Shown here piece by piece: positions 1-9,058 of a stretch of DNA of 64,000 nt (positions within the stretch are counted from its first letter, which is position 1; every line of letters begins with the position of its first letter). The DNA comes from Erythrobacter sp. Its GTDB lineage: Bacteria; Pseudomonadota; Alphaproteobacteria; Sphingomonadales; Sphingomonadaceae. The notes under the pieces were generated by a model. The model was not told the origin of the DNA. It did no database searches and worked only from the letters and a program-made list of their open reading frames with translations. The position numbers and the translations under genes are program-made. The stretch spans positions 539,230-603,229 of the forward strand of contig NZ_JASJAP010000001.1 in the NCBI RefSeq assembly GCF_030066995.1. The letters are read 5' to 3'.

Positions 1-447
1 CTGGCGGGTTTCGCGCAGGAGTGACACCTCGTTGATCGCCCACAAGGCGTGCTCTTCCCCCCCTTGCGTCGTCGCGTGCATACGCAGCGGGGCGATGGCC
101 TTGCGCTTAGTGCGACGCAGGCGCTTTTGCAGCGAGGCGCGCTTGTCGTAGCGGTTCATCAGGAAGCCGACCGTACCAAGGTTCATGCCATATGCAGGCA
201 CGATGCGGCCGACATCGAGCATGGCGTGCAGGGTCTGGAGCATGAACCCATCGCCGCCCAGCACAACCACGACATCGGCTTCGTCGAGTGGCGCCCAGTC
301 ACCCTGGGCCGCCAGATGTTCGCGCGCCTCCTGTGCGCGCGGCGTTTCCGATGCGAGCAGGGCAATCCGCTCGAACGACGGCGCATCTTCCTTATTATCG
401 TTGCGCTCTGGCGCGCGTGCGGTGTCTATTGCGTGTGAGGTGTCCAT
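1..447 (-). CDS. nadK: NAD(+) kinase, partial; C-terminus lies beyond the window edge
   Basis: Manual minus-strand translation from ATG at 447 gives MDTSHAIDTARAPERNDNKEDAPSFERIALL...VVVLGGDGFMLQTLH...VPAYGMNLGTVGFLMN. These are the GGDG and NxGxxGFL NAD kinase motifs. No stop occurs before position 1. The gene is not in the ORF track because it is truncated. Confidence 0.7.
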   Translation of the reverse strand, partial: MDTSHAIDTARAPERNDNKEDAPSFERIALLASETPRAQEAREHLAAQGDWAPLDEADVVVVLGGDGFMLQTLHAMLDVGRIVPAYGMNLGTVGFLMNRYDKRASLQKRLRRTKRKAIAPLRMHATTQGGEEHALWAINEVSLLRETRQ

Positions 448-525
448 CTCGCCATTTCCCCACCGAGCGGGCCTATCCGGCTCAACGCCTTAGCAAGTTT
501 TCCTGATGTTCCAAATCTGGCCGGA

Positions 526-1431
526 TTGCAATTGGCGCGCTTCGACGAGAAAACGTGGCTAAAGGGAGACGCCATGGAGTCGCACAACCCCCCCCCTTTC
601 ACGACCAGCCTGCGCGGGTCTGGCGAGAACGCCGCACGCGGAAACGTGCCCGGCGTCAAACCCGCCGCGCTCGAAGGTGACCTGTTGAGCGCGCTCGACC
701 GTCGCGAGATCGAGGTGCTGTTCCAGCCTCAGTTTTCCTGTGCGACCGGGGCGGTCGTCGGGGCCGAAGCGCTGGCGCGCTGGCGGCACCCCACGCTGGG
801 CGAAATCGGCGCGCGCGATCTGTTTGCGATCGCCGAGCGCGCGGCGCTGGTCGCCCCATTGTCGCGTCATATCGTTGCGCGCGCGCTCGAAGACGCCGCG
901 CGCTGGCCGGTGGAGCTTTCCCTTTCGCTCAACATTACGCCCGAAGAATTGGGCGATCCGCGCTTTGCGTCCGATTTCGCGACCCTTATCGGCACGAGTT
1001 CGCTTGCGCCGCAGCGTCTGATGCTGGAAATCACCGAAGATCTGTTGCTCCGAAACCTTGAGCTGGCCAAGAGCGCGCTCAACGCGTTGCGCAGTCTCGG
1101 GTTTCGCACCGCGCTTGATGATTTCGGTGCTGGCTTTTGCAATTTTCGCTACCTGCGCGACCTGCCTTTGGACGCGCTCAAGCTCGACAAGGTGATGGTT
1201 GATGACGTGCCAAACGACGCCAAAGCCCTGGCGATATTGCGGGCGATAACGGAGCTTGGTCGGGCTCTGGACCTCGCCATCTACGCCGAGGGCATCGAAA
1301 GCGAGATCCAGCGCGCTGCCGTCACCGCAGAGGGGTGTGATTGCTGGCAGGGTTTCTTGCGCGCTGTACCAATGCCCTCTGAAAGCGTTGTCGAACTCGC
1401 GCAGACGGCGCGCGGTCGCGGGCACGGGTGA
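526..1431 (+). CDS. EAL-domain c-di-GMP phosphodiesterase, stand-alone with no GGDEF
   Basis: EAL-family motifs EVLFQPQ, DDFGAGF (DDFGTG-like) and KLDKVMV are present. The start may be M574 (MESHNPP). Confidence 0.8.
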   Translation: MQLARFDEKTWLKGDAMESHNPPPFTTSLRGSGENAARGNVPGVKPAALEGDLLSALDRREIEVLFQPQFSCATGAVVGAEALARWRHPTLGEIGARDLFAIAERAALVAPLSRHIVARALEDAARWPVELSLSLNITPEELGDPRFASDFATLIGTSSLAPQRLMLEITEDLLLRNLELAKSALNALRSLGFRTALDDFGAGFCNFRYLRDLPLDALKLDKVMVDDVPNDAKALAILRAITELGRALDLAIYAEGIESEIQRAAVTAEGCDCWQGFLRAVPMPSESVVELAQTARGRGHG

Positions 1432-1459
1432 AGCGAGGATTGGCCAGCGGCCGGGGCGA

Positions 1460-2328
1460 TTACTCCGCCGCCCTTTCGCGCCATTTGTTCTGAAAGAAGG
1501 TGATCGGAAACAGGAACTGTTCCTTGATCGAGAGGCGCCGACGATCGTCCTGCCCCACGATTTCGGATTCGCCCTCCTTGAAGGTGCCGAACACCCGATC
1601 CCACAAGATAACCGAATTGCCGTAATTGCAGCGCGTATCCTCATAGCTGAGCGCGGTGTGATGCAGGCTGTGATGGCGGATCGTGGTAAAGAAGAACCCG
1701 AACCATGCGGGCGGGTTCGATTTGATGTTGGCGTGGGCGAACTGCGCAATTGCACCCAGCGAGAGAAACGCGGCGAGCAGCGCGTTCAGATCGAAGTCGA
1801 ACAGCGCGATCACGCTGAGTCCGATCAAGAACAGCTCGATCGGATTGCCAACAAAGCCCTTGAGCGCGTTCAACTGCGTGATGTGATGGTGCGGGGCATG
1901 CGTGGACCACAGGACATCGTTATTGTGCATCGCGCGGTGCATCCAATACTGCCCGAACTCGAAGATCAGCATGACCATCAGGACCTGCACAAGGAAGGGC
2001 AATTGCATGATCCAGGGCGTTGCAATACCCCAGCTTTCTTTCAACTGCGCCAGGCCGCCATCGACATAGGTCTCGCTCAGCGCGCCGATCACGAAGATCA
2101 CAAGCACCATATAGAAGATGTCGGTCATCAGCTCCTTGCCGTTGATCCGCCAGCCTTCGTGCCGCTCGTGGACCAGTTCCATCAGCTGGATGAAGAACAT
2201 CGAGCCAAACGCGACCGCCGGGAAAAGCCAGCCCGCTTCAAGCCATTCAGCCGGGGCGAGACCGAAGACCGCCCAGATGCCGAACACGGTGGCAGGGGGA
2301 AGATGATCGAAGAGGGCCTGTTTCATAG
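1460..2328 (-). CDS. fatty acid hydroxylase / sterol desaturase family membrane protein
   Basis: Histidine boxes HRAMHNN, HAPHHH and HHSLHH in a multi-TM protein. The start is taken at MKQALFDH; the ORF track extends to 2383. Confidence 0.75.
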
Positions 2329-2505
2329 TGTAATCCCAAGAGCTCAGATCGCGCAGCGTGCAGCAAGATCGCGCTGCGCTCAAGAGTATTACGAAGGGAT
2401 ATCAAAATATGATGCGAGCGAAAGGGCCTGTTCGAGCGCAATCCTCATCATCGGCGTTGACAGGCGCGCCCATGCCCGCCGCCCGTATGCGGCAGGGTTG
2501 CCCGA

Positions 2506-5500
2506 TCACGCCGCCTCCTTGCGCCTGGCGCGCTGCGCCTTTCTGACGATCCCGCTCAGCCCCTTGGTGAGTTGAAACAGCCCGTTGAGGCGGCTCTGCG
2601 GGTCGCCCCAGGCCCGGTTGATGACAAGCTTCATGTCGGGGCGCAATTTGGCGGTGCCTTTCAGCTTGTCGACATAAGCAACAAGGCCCGGACCATCGGG
2701 GAAGTCATCATTGTGGAACGTCACCAGCGTCCCGCGCGCGCCGACATCGATCTTGGCGATGTTGGCCTCGATCGCCTGATGCTTGATTTCGATCAGGCGG
2801 ACAAGGTTTTGCGTCGGTGCCGGGAGGTCGCCGAACCGGTCGATCATCTCTGCTGCAAGGCTCTCGATTTCCGCCTTGTCCTGCGCCTGGTTGAGGCGGC
2901 GATACAGCGCCATGCGCACCGCAAGATCGGGCACATAGTCCTCGGGGATCATGATCGGCGCGTCGACCGTGATCTGCGGTGAGAATTTGTCCTTGGCTGC
3001 CTCCAGCCCCATCTCGCCCGCCTTGGCCGCCATGATCGCGTCCTCCAGCATCGACTGATAAAGTTCGAAGCCCACTTCACGGATGTGGCCCGATTGCTCG
3101 TCGCCCAGAAGGTTGCCAGCGCCGCGAATGTCGAGATCGTGGCTTGCAAGCTGGAAGCCGGCGCCGAGCGAATCGAGGTCGCCCAGCACCTTGAGGCGCT
3201 TCTCCGCCACTTCGGAAAGTTGCGTGTCGGCGGGAGTGGTCAGATAAGCGTAAGCGCGGATCTTCGAACGGCCCACACGCCCGCGCAACTGGTAGAGCTG
3301 GGCGAGGCCAAAGCGATCGGCGCGGTGGATGATGATCGTGTTGGCGCTCGGAATATCGAGCCCGCTTTCCACGATGGTGGTCGACAGCAGGACGTCGTAT
3401 TTCTTGTCGTAGAACGCGCTCATGCGCTCCTCGACTTCGCCCGCGCCCATTTGGCCGTGGGCGGAGACGGTCTTCACCTCGGGCACGTTCTCGCGCAGCC
3501 ATTCCTCAAGCGGTTCCATGTCGGAAATCCGCGGGACGACGATGAAGCTCTGCCCGCCGCGATGGTGTTCGCGCAGCAGCGCCTCGCGCATCACCATGTC
3601 GTCCCACTCCATCACGTAGGTGCGCACCGCGAGGCGATCGACCGGGGGTGTCTGGATCGTGGAAAGCTCGCGCAGGCCCGTCATCGCCATTTGCAGCGTG
3701 CGCGGTATCGGCGTTGCGGTGAGGGTCAGAATGTGAACATCGGCGCGCAGCTGCTTCAGCTTCTCTTTGTGCGTGACGCCAAAGCGCTGCTCTTCGTCAA
3801 CGATCACTAGGCCGAGATTCTTGAACTCGGTCGATTTCGAGAGGATCGCGTGCGTGCCGATCACAAGATCGACCGTGCCGTTGGCCAGCCCCTCTCGGGT
3901 TTCGGCGGCTTCCCTGGAGGAGACGAGCCGTGAAAGGCGACCGACCTTGAGTGGGAAGCCCGCAAACCGCTCGGCAAAGTTCTGGTAATGCTGGCGCGCG
4001 AGCAGGGTGGTGGGCGCAACGATGGCAACCTGTTGTCCGCCCATCGCGGCGACGAACGCCGCGCGCAAGGCCACTTCGGTCTTACCAAAGCCGACGTCGC
4101 CGCAGACAAGTCGGTCCATCGGCTTGCCGCTTTCCAGATCGCGCAGAACATCGGTGATGGCGGCATCCTGATCGTCGGTCTCCTCCCACGGGAATCGGTC
4201 GACGAACTGATTGAAACTCGCTTCTTCCACTTCGAAAACCGGCGCTTTCTTGAGCGCGCGTTCCGCGGCGACTTTCATCAATTCGCCGGCGATCGCGGTG
4301 ATGCGTTCCTTGAGGCGCGCGCGGCGTTTCTGCCAGGCTTCTCCGCCCAGCCGGTCAAGCGGGACGGCTTCTTCGCTGCTGCCGTAGCGCGAGAGGACGT
4401 CGATGTTCTCCACCGGGATGAAGAGCTTGTCGCCCCCATGGTATTCGAGCGCGACGCAATCGTGCTGGCTCTTGCCCACACTGACGGGATCAAGGCCGAG
4501 ATATTTGCCGATGCCGTGCTCGACATGGACCACCAGGTCGCCTCGCGCGAGCGCTTGCAGCTCGGCGAGGAACGCATCGGAATCCTTGCGCTTCTTTTTG
4601 CGGCGCACCAGCCGGTCACCGAGCACGTCCTGCTCGGTCAGGATTTCAAGGTTGTCGTTGGCAAAGCCCGCTTCGAGCGGCAGGACCATCGCCGCCGTTG
4701 AGCCCTTGGCCGACGCTCCCAACGCTTCCTGCCAGGTGTCGGCCTGGATGGTCGGGCATCCCGCTTCCTCAAGGATCGAGGCGATGCGCTTAGCCGAGCC
4801 TTGCGAATAAGCGGCGAAAAGCGGCTTGTGGCCCGACTTGGCGATGGTCTTGAAATGCTTGGCGGCGGCTTCGTAGACGTTCTCACTGCGCGTGCGCTCG
4901 GGTGCAAAATCGCGCGCCGCCTTGAAACCGAAATCGAGATTGGTGTCGCTTGCGGGGGCGGCGAAGACGCTCGTCCTGTGCGCCCTGGCGGTCGTCAGAG
5001 CGTCGGCGAACTCGCTCTCGCCCAGATACAGCGCCTCGGTGCCCAGCGGGCGGTAGCTTCCGGTTTTCTCACCCGCCAAGGCAGCGCGCTGGTCGTGATA
5101 GTCGCCGATATCGGACAATCGCTCATCGACCGCACCCAACGCCGATTGGTCGATCACCACCACATCGTCCGGGGTAAGGTGATCGAACAGGGACGCCAGA
5201 CGCTCTTCGAAAAGCGGCAGCCAATGCTCCATCCCAGCAAAACGGCGTCCATCGCTCACCGCCTCGTAGAGCGGGTCTTGCGTAGCGCTTGCGCCGAACA
5301 ATTCGCGATAGCGGCTGCGAAAGCGCTTGATCGTTTCTTCATCGAGCAGCGCCTCGGACGCGGGCAGCAGCAGATGATCCGCCAGGCGCCCGGTCGAGCG
5401 CTGGCTGGTCGGATCGAACAGGCGCAGGCTCTCAAGCTCGTCGCCGAAGAAATCGAGCCGGAGGCCTTCGTCGAGCGAGGAGGGGAAGATGTCGACAATC

Positions 5501-6000
5501 GAGCCGCGCACCGCGAACTCGCCGTGATCGACCACGGTGTCGCTGCGCGAATAGCCCTGACGGGTAAGCAGCGCAGCAAGGCTGTCGCGCTCGATGGTCT
5601 TGCCTGGTTTGAAGGCCAGCGCGTTTTCGCGCACCCGAAACGGGGTGAGCACACGCTGAAGCGCGGCGTTGACGGTGGTGACGAGCAATTGCGAACCCGC
5701 CGCCGGACGCTGAAGCTTGAACAACGCAGAAAGGCGCGCGGCGCTGACCGACAAAGCGGGCGAGGCGCGGTCAAAAGGCAGGCAGTCCCACGCCGGAAAC
5801 TCCAGCACCTCGACCTCAGGCGCAAAGAAGCGCGCAGCTTCGGCGGTGGAATGCATGGCCGCTTCGTCAGGCGCTATGAACACCGCCCTCTGTCTGGCGG
5901 CGCGCGCAAGGTCGGCCAGCACCAGCGCCACGGCGCTGCGCGGCAACGAGGATAGCGTCAGCGGCGCGTCAGCAGAAAGGATGCGGGACAGATCAGGCAT
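2506..6000 (-). CDS. mfd: transcription-repair coupling factor Mfd
   Basis: Protein of about 1165 aa with UvrB-homology N-terminus, DEAD/DEAH helicase core (LVCGDVGFGKTEVA, DEEQRFG) and TRCF C-terminus. The start is taken at MPDLSRIL; the track alternative is 6042. Confidence 0.9.
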   Translation of the reverse strand: MPDLSRILSADAPLTLSSLPRSAVALVLADLARAARQRAVFIAPDEAAMHSTAEAARFFAPEVEVLEFPAWDCLPFDRASPALSVSAARLSALFKLQRPAAGSQLLVTTVNAALQRVLTPFRVRENALAFKPGKTIERDSLAALLTRQGYSRSDTVVDHGEFAVRGSIVDIFPSSLDEGLRLDFFGDELESLRLFDPTSQRSTGRLADHLLLPASEALLDEETIKRFRSRYRELFGASATQDPLYEAVSDGRRFAGMEHWLPLFEERLASLFDHLTPDDVVVIDQSALGAVDERLSDIGDYHDQRAALAGEKTGSYRPLGTEALYLGESEFADALTTARAHRTSVFAAPASDTNLDFGFKAARDFAPERTRSENVYEAAAKHFKTIAKSGHKPLFAAYSQGSAKRIASILEEAGCPTIQADTWQEALGASAKGSTAAMVLPLEAGFANDNLEILTEQDVLGDRLVRRKKKRKDSDAFLAELQALARGDLVVHVEHGIGKYLGLDPVSVGKSQHDCVALEYHGGDKLFIPVENIDVLSRYGSSEEAVPLDRLGGEAWQKRRARLKERITAIAGELMKVAAERALKKAPVFEVEEASFNQFVDRFPWEETDDQDAAITDVLRDLESGKPMDRLVCGDVGFGKTEVALRAAFVAAMGGQQVAIVAPTTLLARQHYQNFAERFAGFPLKVGRLSRLVSSREAAETREGLANGTVDLVIGTHAILSKSTEFKNLGLVIVDEEQRFGVTHKEKLKQLRADVHILTLTATPIPRTLQMAMTGLRELSTIQTPPVDRLAVRTYVMEWDDMVMREALLREHHRGGQSFIVVPRISDMEPLEEWLRENVPEVKTVSAHGQMGAGEVEERMSAFYDKKYDVLLSTTIVESGLDIPSANTIIIHRADRFGLAQLYQLRGRVGRSKIRAYAYLTTPADTQLSEVAEKRLKVLGDLDSLGAGFQLASHDLDIRGAGNLLGDEQSGHIREVGFELYQSMLEDAIMAAKAGEMGLEAAKDKFSPQITVDAPIMIPEDYVPDLAVRMALYRRLNQAQDKAEIESLAAEMIDRFGDLPAPTQNLVRLIEIKHQAIEANIAKIDVGARGTLVTFHNDDFPDGPGLVAYVDKLKGTAKLRPDMKLVINRAWGDPQSRLNGLFQLTKGLSGIVRKAQRARRKEAA

Positions 6001-6074
6001 CAATGGGTACTCAAACGGCAAAGGCCCCGCGCGTTCCCGCACGGGGCTGTGAATCGGCGGACATCGCGTGCCGG

Positions 6075-6353
6075 TTAGCGCGGAATATCCACGTAATCGA
6101 GCTTCATCATCGCCTCGATCTGAGCGCCGGCAAACCTCTCGGGCACATTTTGTGTCTTCAGCGCCCAGGCCATGATATCGACGTCGTCCTCGGCGAGCAG
6201 GTCTTCAAACCAATCGAGCTCCCTTTCGCCCCAGGTCGAGGCGTAGGCGTCGAAAAAACCGCCGATCATGTAGTCGGCCTCGCGCGTGCCGCGGTGCCAG
6301 GCGCGGAACTTGGCGCGCGCCAACCGCTCTTCGAAAGTGGGCATATCGGTCAT
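6075..6353 (-). CDS. sdhE: succinate dehydrogenase flavinylation/assembly factor SdhE (DUF339)
   Basis: About 92 aa: MTDMPTFEERLARAKFRAWHRGTREADYMIGGFFD...DWFEDLL, which matches the SdhE/SDHAF2 family. It is divergent from recG. Confidence 0.65.
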   Translation of the reverse strand: MTDMPTFEERLARAKFRAWHRGTREADYMIGGFFDAYASTWGERELDWFEDLLAEDDVDIMAWALKTQNVPERFAGAQIEAMMKLDYVDIPR

Positions 6354-6408
6354 CTGCGGGCAGGTAAGGCACTCGCCCCACGCGTTCAAGCGGGTATAGG
6401 AGAAGCGC

Positions 6409-8472
6409 ATGCGCCCGGCCATTCTCAACCCCCTATTTGCTGACGCGAAGTCGCTAGACGGCGTTGGGCCGAAGCTGGCGAAGCCGCTTGCGAAGCTCGG
6501 GCTGAACACAATCAAGGACATCGCCTACCACCTTCCTGAAAGGTTCGTGAGCCGCCGCGCGATTGCCACTCTCGACGAGGGCGGGGAGGGCGAACAGGTG
6601 ATTGTCGCGCTGACCCCCACCGAACACCGCGCGGCGCGCAATCCGGGGCGCGGACCATACCGCGTTCTGGCGCAGGACGAGGCGGGCAATATCGCTGCGC
6701 TGACGTATTTCGGGCGCGCGTCCTACACCGCGAAGAAGCAGCTCCCCGTGGGTGAGAAGCGCTGGGTCGCGGGCCGTCTCGATCGATATGGCGACATGTT
6801 GCAGATCGTTCACCCGGACCACGTCGAGACGGAAAGCTCTACCCTTATGGGACGTGTGAGTGAACCGGTGTATCGCCTTTCCGAAGGCCTGACCCAGCCG
6901 CGCCTCACCGCATTGGTGGAGCAGTCCCTGGGCCGTCTTCCCGACCTGCCGGAATGGATTGAACCAGGACAGTTCGCCAAGCAGGATTGGCCGATCTGGA
7001 GCCAGGCCCTCAAATCCGCCCATCGCGCCCCCAGCGAAAAAGCGCGCGAGCGGCTGGCTTACGATGAATTGCTGGCCAACAGCCTCGCGCTCCTTTTGGT
7101 CAAGGCGGACAGCCGCCGTCGCAAGGGGCAGGCGCTCGCTGGCGACGGGTCGCTGCGAGCCAAGCTCGACCTGCCGTTCAAGATGACCGGAGCGCAAGAA
7201 CGCTCGATCGCCGAGATCGAAGGCGATCTCCGGCAAGAGGCACCGATGCTGCGGCTGCTTCAAGGCGATGTTGGCGCGGGCAAGACCGTCGTGGCCTTGG
7301 CGGCGATGCTGATCGCTTGCGAGGCCGGCAAACAGGCCGCCTTGCTCGCCCCCACAGAGATTCTCGCGCGCCAGCATTTCGAGACCTTGCGCGCGATGGC
7401 TGCGCCGACCGGCGTTGAGGTTGCGCTGCTGACAGGCCGCGCCAAGGGAAAGGAGCGCGAGAGTATCTTAATGGGCCTGCTCGACGGCTCGATCGACATT
7501 CTCGTGGGCACGCACGCGATCTTTCAGGAGACGGTGAGCTACAAGGATCTGGGGCTCGTAGTGATCGACGAGCAGCACCGCTTTGGCGTCGCGCAGCGTC
7601 TGGCGCTGGCGGGGAAGGGAAAGCGCAGCCCGCACACGCTGGCGATGACCGCGACCCCGATCCCGCGCTCGCTGACGCTGGCGCAATACGGCGAAATGGA
7701 TGTGAGCCGCCTCGATGAACTCCCGCCCGGGCGCCAGGCGATCGACACGCGCGTTGTCGCGCAGGAGCGGATGGAGGACATCGTTGCAGGGGTCGAACGC
7801 CACCTTGCGACCGGCCAGCAGGCGTACTGGGTCTGCCCCATGGTGCGCGACAGCGAAACGGCCGACATCGCGGCCGCCGAAGCGCGCTACGCAGCGCTGA
7901 AAGAGCGATTTGGTGAGGATGTGGTGCTGGTCCACGGGCAGCTTCGCCCCGAGATCAAGGACGCCAATATGGAGCGCTTCGCAAGCGGCGAGGCCAAGCT
8001 TCTTGTGGCAACGACGGTGATCGAGGTTGGCGTTGATGTACCCTCGGCTACGCTGATGGTGATCGAACAGGCCGAACGCTTCGGCCTTGCCCAACTGCAC
8101 CAATTGCGCGGGCGCGTGGGACGCGGCTCGGAGAAATCGGTTTGCCTGTTGCTACGCGGCAATGAACTCTCCGAAACCGGGCGCAAGCGGCTGGCGCTGA
8201 TGCGGGAAACGCAGGACGGCTTTCGCATCGCCGAAGAGGATCTCGAACTGCGCGGCGGCGGCGAGCTTCTCGGCACACGCCAATCGGGCGAAGCCGCGTT
8301 TCGGATCGCGGATCTCGATCAGGTGCAGCGCCTGCTTCCCGTCGCCCACGCCGATGCTCGGTTGCTGATCGACCGCGATGGTGGCTTAACGTCGCAGCGC
8401 GGTGAGGCGGCGCGCGTCCTGCTCTACCTGTTCGAGCGCGATTGGGGCGTGCAATTGTTGCGGGGTGGGTAA
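6409..8472 (+). CDS. recG: ATP-dependent DNA helicase RecG
   Basis: 687 aa with wedge/OB N-terminus, helicase motifs GDVGAGKTVVA, DEQHRFGV and QLRGRVGRG. Confidence 0.9.
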   Translation: MRPAILNPLFADAKSLDGVGPKLAKPLAKLGLNTIKDIAYHLPERFVSRRAIATLDEGGEGEQVIVALTPTEHRAARNPGRGPYRVLAQDEAGNIAALTYFGRASYTAKKQLPVGEKRWVAGRLDRYGDMLQIVHPDHVETESSTLMGRVSEPVYRLSEGLTQPRLTALVEQSLGRLPDLPEWIEPGQFAKQDWPIWSQALKSAHRAPSEKARERLAYDELLANSLALLLVKADSRRRKGQALAGDGSLRAKLDLPFKMTGAQERSIAEIEGDLRQEAPMLRLLQGDVGAGKTVVALAAMLIACEAGKQAALLAPTEILARQHFETLRAMAAPTGVEVALLTGRAKGKERESILMGLLDGSIDILVGTHAIFQETVSYKDLGLVVIDEQHRFGVAQRLALAGKGKRSPHTLAMTATPIPRSLTLAQYGEMDVSRLDELPPGRQAIDTRVVAQERMEDIVAGVERHLATGQQAYWVCPMVRDSETADIAAAEARYAALKERFGEDVVLVHGQLRPEIKDANMERFASGEAKLLVATTVIEVGVDVPSATLMVIEQAERFGLAQLHQLRGRVGRGSEKSVCLLLRGNELSETGRKRLALMRETQDGFRIAEEDLELRGGGELLGTRQSGEAAFRIADLDQVQRLLPVAHADARLLIDRDGGLTSQRGEAARVLLYLFERDWGVQLLRGG

Positions 8473-8477
8473 AGCGC

Positions 8478-9011
8478 TCAGAACCGCGCGTCTACGCCCT
8501 CTGCCCTGAGGCACTCGACCACGCGTTCCACCGCCAGCGAGATGTCAGCCCACGCAGCCTGAAAGTCGCTCTCATCGCCGTAATAGGGATCCTTCACGGC
8601 TTCGCCCGCTCGGCCTGGCACCGCGTCCATCAGCAGCGAAACCCTCGCTTGCGAGCCGCGCGGCTTGCGTACGCGAATTCCCGCAAGATTGGCCGTGTCG
8701 AGCGCAAAGATGTGGCCGAACCGCTCGAAATCCGCGATCTCAAGCTGCCGCCCGCGCGCCGCAGCGATGTCGACGCCGTTGGCGCGCGCGGTGGCGATGG
8801 CGCGTGGATCGGGCGGTTCGCCGATGTGATAAGAGGCGGTGCCCACGGAATCGGCCAGGCAATCGAGCCCGGCGCTCACCGCGACCTTGCGAAAAGCGCC
8901 CTCGGCCATAGGTGAGCGGCAGATATTGCCGAGACACACGAACAGGACAGCGGGGCGAGGTTCCAACGGATGAGTTTCCAGTTGTCGGTGTAGGCGCGTC
9001 TTGTATGGCAC
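8478..9011 (-). CDS. low-molecular-weight protein-tyrosine phosphatase
   Basis: CLGNICRSP (CX5R P-loop) and DPYYG motifs. The ORF extends to ATG 9098 but would then overlap the divergent DUF885 start by 40 nt. An in-frame GTG at 9011 is the more plausible start. Confidence 0.7.
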   Translation of the reverse strand: MPYKTRLHRQLETHPLEPRPAVLFVCLGNICRSPMAEGAFRKVAVSAGLDCLADSVGTASYHIGEPPDPRAIATARANGVDIAAARGRQLEIADFERFGHIFALDTANLAGIRVRKPRGSQARVSLLMDAVPGRAGEAVKDPYYGDESDFQAAWADISLAVERVVECLRAEGVDARF

Positions 9012-9058
9012 AGGCAAACGCGCGCGATTGACCACGCCAGCAAGATAGAGAGAATTCC

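Noticed and set aside
559-1755. 398-aa minus-strand ORF antisense to the EAL gene
   Set aside because: It has the same GC-bias artefact: Arg/Ser/Pro-rich with no motifs. The sense-strand EAL gene has clear family signatures.
1256-2575. 439-aa plus-strand ORF overlapping the desaturase gene
   Set aside because: It is antisense to a gene with clear His-box motifs. It has an Arg/Ala/Pro-rich low-complexity translation typical of GC-rich antisense frames and no recognisable domain.
4801-5955. 384-aa plus-strand ORF inside mfd
   Set aside because: It lies entirely within and antisense to mfd, which is supported by helicase motifs. Its composition is low complexity.
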